Of a stretch of 36,619 nt of DNA, positions 18,928-26,219 are shown in pieces (position 1 is the stretch's first letter; each line of letters opens with the position of its first letter). This stretch comes from a virus. The position numbers were made by a program, and so were the translations under genes. The stretch lies in IMG/VR virus record IMGVR_UViG_3300020414_000003; one strand, 5' to 3'. A model generated the notes under the pieces. It was not told the origin of the DNA. It saw only the letters and a program-made list of their open reading frames with translations, and did not search any database.

Positions 18928-20180
18928 TATACAATTCCTAGCTTCGGATAATTAATTTGTGTAGACCAGTTCTTTGTTTCCTGTAATCCAGTACATAAAT
19001 AGCGAAATGCGTCAGCACTGTGCGATGTCCAGTCGTGCTGTGGTCTATTTTTGCTTTCGCCTTTGTCGTTTACAGCCCATCGATACTGTCTGAGGGCATC
19101 TAATCCTTCTTTTGTCTTTTCAAAGTCAAAATAACATCGTGATAACGTCATTCTGACTGCGTTAATTCCATCTTCTATACTCATCTTCGGTACAATACTA
19201 GTCGTTAAGCCAAGACTTTGTGCGATTTCTACTCTTGATTTACCTGTTCCGATCTCTCGGACATTAGCATCGTGAGGTAGATAGTGTGTATCGTAAATAT
19301 ATCCTCGATCTTGTAGGATTGAGGCATAGTATTCGAGGCTTTCGCCACTATCTTCAAAGTAGTCAATAAGGTGTATAGCTGTGCCTTTTTGCTGACAGAA
19401 CCATATTGAGGTTTTATCTGCCATTCCTAGATCCCAAAAGGTCGATACCTTCAATGTAGGATCATAAGGCACTTTTGTTATACGACTCTCATCTTCGGCT
19501 TTATTTAGACCTTGTGAGTATATAGCTCCGATTGCAGAGCTTTCAAAACTACATTCATATTCTGCCTCGTATATCTCAGGAGGCATTAATTTTTTTGCTT
19601 CGGCTAATTCTTCTTCTTTGACGACCTTCGTTTCACTCGCTTTAAATTTAGCGGTAAACCAGTTATCATCATGCAGTCCATGATTATATAGGTCGAAAAA
19701 GGCGTTATGTCCAGCAGGTGTGCCAATAGCAATCATAAACCCTTCTCGATCTGATAGTGCAGGTCGTATGACCTCAGTCCACATCTTCGGTGGCATTTGA
19801 GCAACCTCGTCTAAGACTACACCATCGATATAGAGTCCTTTTAAGGTTTGAGGGCGTTCACAGCCGAGTAATTGTATTCTGCCTCCATTAGGGAGTTCAG
19901 CTCTTAGTTCGGTTTCGTGATAATCCATATTCGGCAAAACAGATGTGTAATACTTGAGATAATCCCAAGCTATTCTTTTCGCCATGCTGTATGTCGGTGC
20001 GATATAATAATATCGTGGTCGTGGTAATTGACATTGGAGACATCGTTTGATCAGCTCATTGACTGTCAGCACTGTCTTACCAAAACGTCTATGACATACT
20101 AATACATTAAATCGTTTTAGGTTCTTATGAACTTGTTGTTGTAATTCTCTAGGCTTATAGGGAATCGTTATAGTGTTCAT
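18927..20180 (-). CDS. terL: Terminase large subunit (417 aa)
   Basis: Walker A (HRRFGKT) and Walker B-like (GVVLDEV) motifs. The nuclease half has WDLGMADKTSIWF and a C-terminal HDWTSHSADAFRY motif. Confidence 0.9.
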   Translation of the reverse strand: MNTITIPYKPRELQQQVHKNLKRFNVLVCHRRFGKTVLTVNELIKRCLQCQLPRPRYYYIAPTYSMAKRIAWDYLKYYTSVLPNMDYHETELRAELPNGGRIQLLGCERPQTLKGLYIDGVVLDEVAQMPPKMWTEVIRPALSDREGFMIAIGTPAGHNAFFDLYNHGLHDDNWFTAKFKASETKVVKEEELAEAKKLMPPEIYEAEYECSFESSAIGAIYSQGLNKAEDESRITKVPYDPTLKVSTFWDLGMADKTSIWFCQQKGTAIHLIDYFEDSGESLEYYASILQDRGYIYDTHYLPHDANVREIGTGKSRVEIAQSLGLTTSIVPKMSIEDGINAVRMTLSRCYFDFEKTKEGLDALRQYRWAVNDKGESKNRPQHDWTSHSADAFRYLCTGLQETKNWSTQINYPKLGIV

Positions 20181-20356
20181 GAGTCATCTTTTTGATTACC
20201 CTTTAGATAGTCATTAATTCTAGCGACACTACGATCAGATACTAGGTTTTTTCCTGAATTTTTGACCACAGGAGACCTTTCTGGCAGTTTACCTAATAAA
20301 ACACTCATGACACTAATTTGAGGCTTTGTAGCCTTCTTAATCTTCTTTTTTTTCAT
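20177..20356 (-). CDS. Small basic protein (59 aa) ATGA-coupled to terL
   Basis: Internal ATG at 20356 gives MKKKKIKKATKPQ... The longer track ORF (to 20500) would overlap the upstream ORF extensively. Its position suggests a packaging accessory, which is speculative. Confidence 0.45.
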   Translation of the reverse strand: MKKKKIKKATKPQISVMSVLLGKLPERSPVVKNSGKNLVSDRSVARINDYLKGNQKDDS

Positions 20357-20555
20357 TTGAATAATGATCTCCACACAAGAAGTAATATTGTCGATATGCG
20401 TCTTGCGGTTGTATCGCAAATGTACCCCAAGCATCACAATATAAACATACTCTCTTTTGCATTTCTTGTTTTCTATCCCAACTAAATATAGCGAACTCAC
20501 TATGTAGTTTGCCTGTCGGTATAATATCTTTTTTTAATCTAAAATCTATATCCAT
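20337..20555 (-). CDS. Hypothetical Cys/His-containing protein (72 aa), first gene of the late train
   Basis: ORF directly downstream of the AT-rich control region, with CLYCD...FLCGDH spacing suggesting a zinc site. Confidence 0.5.
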   Translation of the reverse strand: MDIDFRLKKDIIPTGKLHSEFAIFSWDRKQEMQKRVCLYCDAWGTFAIQPQDAYRQYYFLCGDHYSNEKKED

Positions 20556-21103
20556 TTTGAGCCTTTATAGAGATTTGTACTGAGTTGAAATGGGTTACAA
20601 TCTGTATCGCTGTATACTAATGGGGGTTTGTTCGTATTTTATTCTTAATTAATTAATTTAAGTAATATTTTATCACTATATCCGTAAATCTAGATCCCAA
20701 TACATAACATTACATTACAAACAAGTAATATATTATTATATTTATATATTTTATGTTCTTTTAAGGTCTTTGCTAAATGTTTTTGTTATTTTTATATCTA
20801 TACCCATTAGTAATATTATAAACCTTAAACGCAACGTATATTAGTCTAATAATATCAATACTTTCTATTAATATATCTTTTATCTTTCTATATGTATTCT
20901 TTATACCCTTATATATAGCTTTTATTATATATGATTGTTTTTCTCTAATAGTTGGTATTTGTTTCATGGTTTTTTGTGGTTAATTCGTGGCAAATTGGTT
21001 TGATTTAGATTGTTTAAATAATCCTATTCTGTCCTTAATTGCTCTTGACATATTCTTTAATATTTGATCTATTATAGATAATTAATAAAGCGAGGTATTA
21101 ATT
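20556..21103. promoter_or_regulatory. 548-nt AT-rich divergent intergenic control region (late and early promoters; possible ori or pac)
   Basis: The only long non-coding stretch, flanked by divergent operons. It contains a perfect TTGACA at 21045-21050, the palindrome TTAATTAATTAA (~20647) and the direct repeat CTGTATCGCTGTAT (~20595). Confidence 0.5.
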
Positions 21104-21460
21104 ATGAAATTACATCATACAAAGTATAAGAAGAATTATCGTCAATATATTCTAGATTGTGTTTATAGTGATGATAAAGAAATAACCACAGATCAAGAAA
21201 AGATTAATTATATTTTTGATCGATTTAATTCTGAATATGGTTGGAATATTCAAAGAGTAGGTAAGTTTAAAGCTATGAGTGAATGGCTTTCTGGTTTAGC
21301 TTTACCAATAGCTTTTTATTATCACGATATCGTAGAACTAGCTGTTAAAATGGGATCAATAGATCCTAACCCCTCAGATCAGTTATATGACAAAGTTTGC
21401 AATAACTATTGGGATTTTATGGCTAACATCATTTTAGGTTTAGAAAGAGAGGTTGCGTAA
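21104..21460 (+). CDS. Hypothetical early protein (118 aa)
   Basis: GAGG ribosome-binding site 8-9 nt upstream. The motif EYGWNIQRVGKFKAMSEWLSGLALPI..NYWDFMANII recalls a conserved phage/plasmid family of unknown function. Confidence 0.7.
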   Translation: MKLHHTKYKKNYRQYILDCVYSDDKEITTDQEKINYIFDRFNSEYGWNIQRVGKFKAMSEWLSGLALPIAFYYHDIVELAVKMGSIDPNPSDQLYDKVCNNYWDFMANIILGLEREVA

Positions 21461-21682
21461 ATGGACAATAATCCTTTTCAGTATCACCACGATAGAAATA
21501 TATCTTTTGCAGTGGCTAGTCTTTTAAATATGAATGATAAGATCATAAAAAAAGATAAGGATAATAAATTTTTTGCTTTGCGTAGTGTTCACAATTTGAC
21601 ACTAAAAGAAGCTAAAGAAGTTTATAAAACTTACCAAGTAGTAAGATTAGTTTTATCAGAAAGTGAACTATCAGAATGTTAA
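21461..21682 (+). CDS. Hypothetical early protein (73 aa)
   Basis: Its start directly abuts the upstream stop (TAAATG). Confidence 0.6.
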   Translation: MDNNPFQYHHDRNISFAVASLLNMNDKIIKKDKDNKFFALRSVHNLTLKEAKEVYKTYQVVRLVLSESELSEC

Positions 21683-21822
21683 GAACCATAAATGCAGTCG
21701 AGTTTTATATTGATTACTTTAATAATTATTTGACTGTTCAAGCTATCGCTGACGCTTACGGAATTAGTCAAGAGACTGCAAATAGATTAATTAATCTAGG
21801 TCGAATTTATAATAATAATTAG
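21676..21822 (+). CDS. Small HTH-like protein (48 aa; below the ORF-track cutoff)
   Basis: Hand translation gives MLRTINAVEFYIDYFNNYLTVQAIADAYGISQETANRLINLGRIYNNN*. It overlaps the upstream gene by 7 nt and is followed by a hairpin. Confidence 0.5.
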   Translation: MLRTINAVEFYIDYFNNYLTVQAIADAYGISQETANRLINLGRIYNNN

Positions 21823-21832
21823 GTATTTATTT

Positions 21833-21852
21833 AAGGGCTTTTAATAGCCCTT
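21833..21852 (+). terminator. Hairpin after the first early gene set
   Basis: AAGGGCT (21833-21839) pairs with AGCCCTT (21846-21852) around a 6-nt loop. The trailing T-run is weak. Confidence 0.4.
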
Positions 21853-21869
21853 AGATCAATATCTATAAT
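21841..21869 (+). promoter_or_regulatory. Candidate sigma70-type promoter
   Basis: TTAATA (21841-21846), a 17-nt spacer, then a perfect TATAAT (21864-21869), ~25 nt upstream of the ATG at 21894. Confidence 0.35.
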
Positions 21870-21893
21870 GATATTGAAGAAAGCGAGTAAATT

Positions 21894-22001
21894 ATGTTTT
21901 TAAATGGACTTGACGGAGCTGACTTAATCTTATTGTCAGTTGTTATTTATGTATCTTACAAACTTTATAAGAGAGCTAAGAAAGAGAGTAAGGATAGATG
22001 A
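21894..22001 (+). CDS. Micro membrane peptide (35 aa, single TM)
   Basis: Hand translation gives MFLNGLDGADLILLSVVIYVSYKLYKRAKKESKDR*. AAGCGAG lies 6 nt upstream, and the gene is ATGA-coupled to the next ORF. Confidence 0.5.
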   Translation: MFLNGLDGADLILLSVVIYVSYKLYKRAKKESKDR

Positions 22002-22168
22002 AAGAATTTACATCAAATATTGTTATAACTTTTTCAATTAATAATTTAGAAGCTGAGAGCAAATACGATTATATAGAAAAGTTAAAAGAACAATTCAACG
22101 AATTTCATGGGATAGAATTAAAAGATCATGAAATACAAGATATTCAAGAAATCGAGGTGAATAAATGA
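21998..22168 (+). CDS. Hypothetical acidic early protein (56 aa)
   Basis: Hand translation gives MKEFTSNIVITFSINNLEAESKYDYIEKLKEQFNEFHGIELKDHEIQDIQEIEVNK*. It has ATGA overlaps on both sides. Confidence 0.5.
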   Translation: MKEFTSNIVITFSINNLEAESKYDYIEKLKEQFNEFHGIELKDHEIQDIQEIEVNK

Positions 22169-22353
22169 TTATACACTATCCGATTGATAATTGGGCTACC
22201 ATTGAAGAAAATGGAGTTCAATATGCAATCAATCTATTTAGCGATAAAGATAAAAAATATTTAGCTATTTATAGTTTAAACGAAGATAAAACCATAAATG
22301 GTGCTGATTGTATTCATCATTATGAATTAAAAGAGAGTAATAATAATGATTAA
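22165..22353 (+). CDS. Hypothetical early protein (62 aa)
   Basis: A coupled ORF in the early operon. Confidence 0.55.
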   Translation: MIIHYPIDNWATIEENGVQYAINLFSDKDKKYLAIYSLNEDKTINGADCIHHYELKESNNND

Positions 22354-22528
22354 AACCGAAAAAAAAGAATTTGTCGGCAACGACAGATATCGTTTCAGTA
22401 ATGGTAAGACCTCATACGACTATGAAAAAGAGAGGGCTATGCGATTAAAGGAACGCAAACGAGTTAATAAGATTTTATCTTATGACTTTTTTACTAATAA
22501 AAACTGCGAGGTAAATAATAATGCTTAG
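22346..22528 (+). CDS. Hypothetical basic early protein (60 aa)
   Basis: Overlaps both neighbours by 8 nt. Confidence 0.55.
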   Translation: MIKTEKKEFVGNDRYRFSNGKTSYDYEKERAMRLKERKRVNKILSYDFFTNKNCEVNNNA

Positions 22529-22757
22529 ATACGACAATATAAAAGTTGTTAGAACTGATATTAGAAACGGTGGTTATAACAACAAAAAAGGCAAGTATGT
22601 AGACTATAAGAAACCAAAAATAACAAAAAAAACACTAGAAACAGATAATAGTTGTTATGATCTTGGTGAACTTTTTTCTATTTTAAAACATCATGCTGAA
22701 CAAAATACTTATAGTGATGAATTAAAAGTAGAGTTTACTTTTAGACTTGAATATTAA
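22521..22757 (+). CDS. Hypothetical basic early protein (78 aa)
   Basis: A coupled ORF followed by a hairpin. Confidence 0.55.
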   Translation: MLRYDNIKVVRTDIRNGGYNNKKGKYVDYKKPKITKKTLETDNSCYDLGELFSILKHHAEQNTYSDELKVEFTFRLEY

Positions 22758-22767
22758 ATACCTAGTT

Positions 22768-22790
22768 AAAAGCTCTTTTAAAGGGCTTTT
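22768..22790 (+). terminator. Intrinsic-terminator-like hairpin
   Basis: AAAAGCTC (22768-22775) pairs with GGGCTTTT (22783-22790) with one G-U pair and a 7-nt loop. The 3' arm ends in TTTT. Confidence 0.4.
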
Positions 22791-22826
22791 AAGTATGTAT
22801 TTAGCATACTAGAAAGAGAAATATAT

Positions 22827-23576
22827 ATGATGAAACAAGATCAAATATATACTACTAGCGATTATCAAGAATTTATATTCTTTGATGGTAATGCCAAAAT
22901 AAAGGCATCAAAAGTTAGTAAAATAATAGACAGTATAAAAAAATATGGTCTAATAAATCCGATTGTTGTTAATCAAAATAAAGAAATAATTGACGGACAA
23001 CATAGATTTGAGAGTTGTAAGGCTTTAAAACTACCAATCAAATATTTTGTCAAAGATGTAAAAAAGACAAATTTAGTTGAGTTAGTTAGAGATATAAACT
23101 CCGTTCAAAAGAATTGGACAAATAAGGATATTGGTTATGCTTATTCTGTTCATTCAGATAACAAAGAACATTATAAAAAATACCTAGAATTAATTGAATT
23201 AGGTGTATCTCATTCAACAGTTTTAGAGGCTTGTACTTACCTGTCAAATGGTGAAGAAAAAATCAGAGGTAGTTATTTTGATTTTAAAAATGGCAATCTA
23301 AATATACCTGACTCTGTTTTTGAAAAAGTAAAAAGTCAAATATTAATGCTTAAAAATTCACAAATAGAAAAAAAAGTGTGGAATAGAATTTACTTTATTA
23401 GAGCATTATTAAAACTTAAAACTGTTAAAGACTTTGTTGTATATACTTTTATTGATAATTTCACTAAATTTCCTCATCAATGGAAAAACGCATATACAGT
23501 AGAAGAAAATCTTAAAAGTATATTATTAGTTCATAATTACAAAAATAGACAAAAAGCTAAATATTACTTCGAGTAA
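22827..23576 (+). CDS. ParB N-terminal-domain (ParB/Srx-fold, DGQHR motif) protein (249 aa)
   Basis: GLINPIVVNQNKEIIDGQHRFESCKAL matches the ParB-like nuclease/CTPase-fold signature. The gene has its own upstream palindrome, AGTATG-N7-CATACT, at 22792-22810. Confidence 0.7.
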   Translation: MMKQDQIYTTSDYQEFIFFDGNAKIKASKVSKIIDSIKKYGLINPIVVNQNKEIIDGQHRFESCKALKLPIKYFVKDVKKTNLVELVRDINSVQKNWTNKDIGYAYSVHSDNKEHYKKYLELIELGVSHSTVLEACTYLSNGEEKIRGSYFDFKNGNLNIPDSVFEKVKSQILMLKNSQIEKKVWNRIYFIRALLKLKTVKDFVVYTFIDNFTKFPHQWKNAYTVEENLKSILLVHNYKNRQKAKYYFE

Positions 23577-23615
23577 GTTATAATATTTTAGGCAATCTGA
23601 TATTCTTGGGTTGCC

Positions 23616-23891
23616 TTAATGTATTGTATATTTAGTTCCGTAATGTTCTTGATCTACTTCGTGAAAATTCTCGTGATCTGATTTGTAAGACTCTACAAAT
23701 TTATAACATTCTTCTTTAGACGTAAAACCTTGAAAAACAATAATGACATTGTTGTTATCTTCTTGGTCTTTATGAATAAATAAACTGCATTTAATATCTT
23801 TATCGAGCAATATGTCGTTCAATGGCTTTTTTGACGATTTCAAAGGCTTCCGATTGACTGATTTTTTTTCTGGTTTTGTTGATTTTTTCAT
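23616..23891 (-). CDS. Hypothetical protein (91 aa)
   Basis: ORF with a Lys-rich N-terminus. It overlaps the upstream gene by 92 nt with no alternative canonical start, so the start is uncertain. Confidence 0.5.
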   Translation of the reverse strand: MKKSTKPEKKSVNRKPLKSSKKPLNDILLDKDIKCSLFIHKDQEDNNNVIIVFQGFTSKEECYKFVESYKSDHENFHEVDQEHYGTKYTIH

Positions 23892-24084
23892 AGATTTTTA
23901 CCACTATTGTTGGCTCGATATTAATTAACATACAAATAAATTTGAAACTTTTACTATTGATCCATGCCTGTGCTTCAGCACAAAGGACATGATCTGATAT
24001 ATCATAATTTGGGCTAGTTCTAAAAGTTGCGTCTAATATATTTCTTGATAAAACTGACACCCACAAATTAACATAGGCGTTCAT
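23800..24084 (-). CDS. Hypothetical protein (94 aa)
   Basis: ORF downstream of the hairpin at 24169-24194. The motif AEAQAWINSKSFKFICMLINIEP recalls small regulatory-region phage proteins (unverified). Confidence 0.55.
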   Translation of the reverse strand: MNAYVNLWVSVLSRNILDATFRTSPNYDISDHVLCAEAQAWINSKSFKFICMLINIEPTIVVKIYEKINKTRKKISQSEAFEIVKKAIERHIAR

Positions 24085-24168
24085 AATAAGATTTAGGCAG
24101 AATTTTCCACCTTAGTAAATTCATATCATTTACGATCCATAATCTAAATAGAACAAACTGAGAACAAT

Positions 24169-24194
24169 GCCCTCTTGAAGCGAGGATAGAGGGC
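24169..24194 (-). terminator. Stem-loop abutting the stop codon of the 177-aa gene
   Basis: GCCCTCT (24169-24175) pairs with AGAGGGC (24188-24194) around a 12-nt loop. The T-run after it on the minus strand is poor. Confidence 0.4.
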
Positions 24195-24727
24195 TAACCC
24201 ATCTTAAAGAAATCTCTTAGACAATCAAGACTTTCCTTTAAATTATCCATTCCTTTACGTCTACCGACTGGTTGGTCATTAACAATAAGGTCATAAGTTG
24301 CTGATCGTAGGTTTAATGGAATAGATTGCATGGCTTTATTGAATTGGTCATGGGCATCAAAACCATTAAGATTAAATATTTCAAGCGAATTACCCATTGG
24401 AATACCCTCTAAGCGATCCCAATTAAAGGTTTGGCTAGATTGTAGTCCTGCATAAACTGATAATGCTTCTAGCTTTTCCCCTGCCACAAATCTCAAGGCA
24501 TTTATTCGACTATCTTGAGGGCATAACAAGTTGCGTTGGTAATATTTTTGTAAATTTGAGTTTATTTCCCCATAAATATGTTTTAGCCCTTGTTTCATGG
24601 GCTTCATATCAGGGAGTCTAAATAGTTGTCCGTCAATCGTGATGATCTCTTGACCGCCTCGATCCATTTCCTCTATGGGTTGAGCTTCAGGATTGTGTTT
24701 TTTCTGTTTCTTCTTCTTTTTTGCCAT
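24194..24727 (-). CDS. Hypothetical replication/regulation-island protein (177 aa)
   Basis: Poly-Lys N-terminus (MAKKKKKQKK), coupled to the DUF1376-like gene by a 41-nt overlap. The C-terminal IPLNLRSATYDLIV...LKESLDCLRDFF is faintly HTH/sigma-region-4-like (speculative). Confidence 0.55.
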   Translation of the reverse strand: MAKKKKKQKKHNPEAQPIEEMDRGGQEIITIDGQLFRLPDMKPMKQGLKHIYGEINSNLQKYYQRNLLCPQDSRINALRFVAGEKLEALSVYAGLQSSQTFNWDRLEGIPMGNSLEIFNLNGFDAHDQFNKAMQSIPLNLRSATYDLIVNDQPVGRRKGMDNLKESLDCLRDFFKMG

Positions 24728-25505
24728 TTAGCTCGTTTGGTTTAATGTGGTTGCCTTTTTTATCATAGATCCAATCCATAATTCCCCATGCTTCTTTAGT
24801 GGTAAAAAATAATAATCCGTCTTTTTCTTCAATAAAGTTAGCAGTTATGTTATGTCTTTTTTTAAAATCTTCAATGCTAAAGACATCTTCGTCATTAAAA
24901 CGTTCTTGGTTGAGCCAAGTTGCAAAGTGTGGGATATATTTGTCATCACTAGCTTGATCGCATAATTTATTGTATTTACTAATAATAACTTCAGCGTCAA
25001 TGTCTTTGATCTTTTTAAACTTTTCTAAAGCTAGTTTTTTTGATCCCCTACGAACTTTTAAACTATCCCATATATATATAAATATATTATTAAAATCTTT
25101 ATCTGTATCTTTATCTACTCGTAGCCCTTTTTGATCTGACAAAACACTATCAAATTTTTCTTTAGACTTTTTTCTAGCTTGACTTCTCTTGTTAGAGAGT
25201 TCAATACCCTTAACAAATTCAAGTTGTTGCCTTTTGTTAAAGTAGCGATCATTTTCTATGTAAAACTTTTTTTCTAAAACATAAATTAGGTCAGACCTGT
25301 TCTGCTCAATTTCCTCTAAGTCAAACGTCATTTGAAATATTAATTTGCAAAGTTCGTTAATATCACAAGGTAAACCTTTGCCATTCATTGTGTGGCTAAA
25401 AAATAAAAGATCTGTATAAATACCCCTCTGTGCCATTGTAAATGATCTTGTAGAGGCTATGTAATCATTTGGAAAGAAATACATAGCTGGTAATTTATCA
25501 ATCAT
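24687..25505 (-). CDS. DUF1376-type phage replication-initiation-like protein (272 aa)
   Basis: The N-terminal YFFPNDYIASTRSFTMAQRGIYTDLLFFSH matches the DUF1376 signature. The C-terminal ...GSKKLALEKFKKI...IPHFATWLNQERFNDE motif is seen in phage replication proteins. Confidence 0.65.
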   Translation of the reverse strand: MIDKLPAMYFFPNDYIASTRSFTMAQRGIYTDLLFFSHTMNGKGLPCDINELCKLIFQMTFDLEEIEQNRSDLIYVLEKKFYIENDRYFNKRQQLEFVKGIELSNKRSQARKKSKEKFDSVLSDQKGLRVDKDTDKDFNNIFIYIWDSLKVRRGSKKLALEKFKKIKDIDAEVIISKYNKLCDQASDDKYIPHFATWLNQERFNDEDVFSIEDFKKRHNITANFIEEKDGLLFFTTKEAWGIMDWIYDKKGNHIKPNELNGKKEEETEKTQS

Positions 25506-25771
25506 GTTTTAATCACCTTTACATTTTGTTTCATCGCTGGAACAAAATCTACATAACCATTTTCTTTCAGTCTATATAAATATTTGTGAATACTGTTAGT
25601 AGTTTTTAAACCTATAAATTTTGCAATATCTCTGTAGCTTGGACTAGGCATATTTTCCTGTTGGTATTTTAGAATGAATTGGAGTATCTGCTTTTCTTTT
25701 TTGGTCGGAGAATAGTCTGTAGAGATGTGTAGCCTGTTGCAAGTTGGGCATTTCATTTGGTTTTGATCCAT
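25502..25771 (-). CDS. LexA-N-terminal-type winged-HTH regulator (89 aa)
   Basis: KEKQILQFILKYQQENMPSPSYRDIAKFIGLKTTNSIHKYLYRLKENGYVDFV follows the LexA DNA-binding-domain pattern. There is no peptidase domain. AAGGAG lies 12 nt upstream of the ATG. Confidence 0.65.
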   Translation of the reverse strand: MDQNQMKCPTCNRLHISTDYSPTKKEKQILQFILKYQQENMPSPSYRDIAKFIGLKTTNSIHKYLYRLKENGYVDFVPAMKQNVKVIKT

Positions 25772-25943
25772 ATTCTAATAAAACTCCTTCCCAAATAATG
25801 TTATCCATTTCAGTAAACTCAAGTAAGTTTTCTTTGCAAATCTTCTTGTATTGTAAAAAAGCCTCAAAAACGCATAAAACATAACGTATTTCCCTGTTTT
25901 TATCTGTATCACGCAAAAACAAATATTTGTAAAATACAGACAC
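25644..25943 (-). CDS. Hypothetical ORF (99 aa, GTG start) overlapping the regulator gene by 128 nt
   Basis: A long ORF in very AT-rich DNA is unlikely by chance. It nevertheless has a GTG start, no SD and a large overlap. Confidence 0.35.
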   Translation of the reverse strand: MSVFYKYLFLRDTDKNREIRYVLCVFEAFLQYKKICKENLLEFTEMDNIIWEGVLLEYGSKPNEMPNLQQATHLYRLFSDQKRKADTPIHSKIPTGKYA

Positions 25944-26021
25944 AATTTGATGTATATACTAAAATAAAAAAAATACCAAATAATTCTTGCTAGTTATTCA
26001 AAATTACTATATGTCTAACTT

Positions 26022-26219
26022 ATGGCAGATTGCAAATATAACTATTCTCACATTGTCATAAATTCGAATACTCCTCCTTTAGAAAATAACTATAGTGATA
26101 TGAAGATGAAAGAGAATAAGTTGAAAAGAGATTGTCAAGAAAGATTAAAGAATTATAAATATAGTGATTTACAAAAATCTTTAATTTGGCATCATATCAA
26201 TTCGACTACTAAAGTGTAG
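26022..26219 (+). CDS. Possible leader ORF (65 aa)
   Basis: An open frame of 65 codons in ~25% GC DNA, oriented with the downstream operon. No SD is visible. Confidence 0.35.
   Translation: MADCKYNYSHIVINSNTPPLENNYSDMKMKENKLKRDCQERLKNYKYSDLQKSLIWHHINSTTKV

Noticed and set aside
20595-20610. CTGTAT-containing repeats as LexA/SOS boxes for the LexA-type regulator (also ATACAG at ~25936)
   Set aside because: A 6-mer is expected many times by chance in 36 kb, and the copy near 25936 lies within a putative coding start. I kept this only as a note under the control-region finding.
20773-20967. 64-codon minus-strand ORF in the AT-rich control region
   Set aside because: It has no SD, a K/I/Y/N-rich product typical of AT-rich noise, and it would occupy the only plausible promoter/ori region. 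It is not excluded, since a 64-codon open frame in ~20% GC DNA is uncommon, but it is not supportable as a gene from sequence alone.
23577-26021. Invertible-segment hypothesis for the minus-strand island between the two plus-strand operons
   Set aside because: The flanks share only a 7-nt direct ATTCTTG match. There are no inverted repeats and no invertase or recombinase gene.
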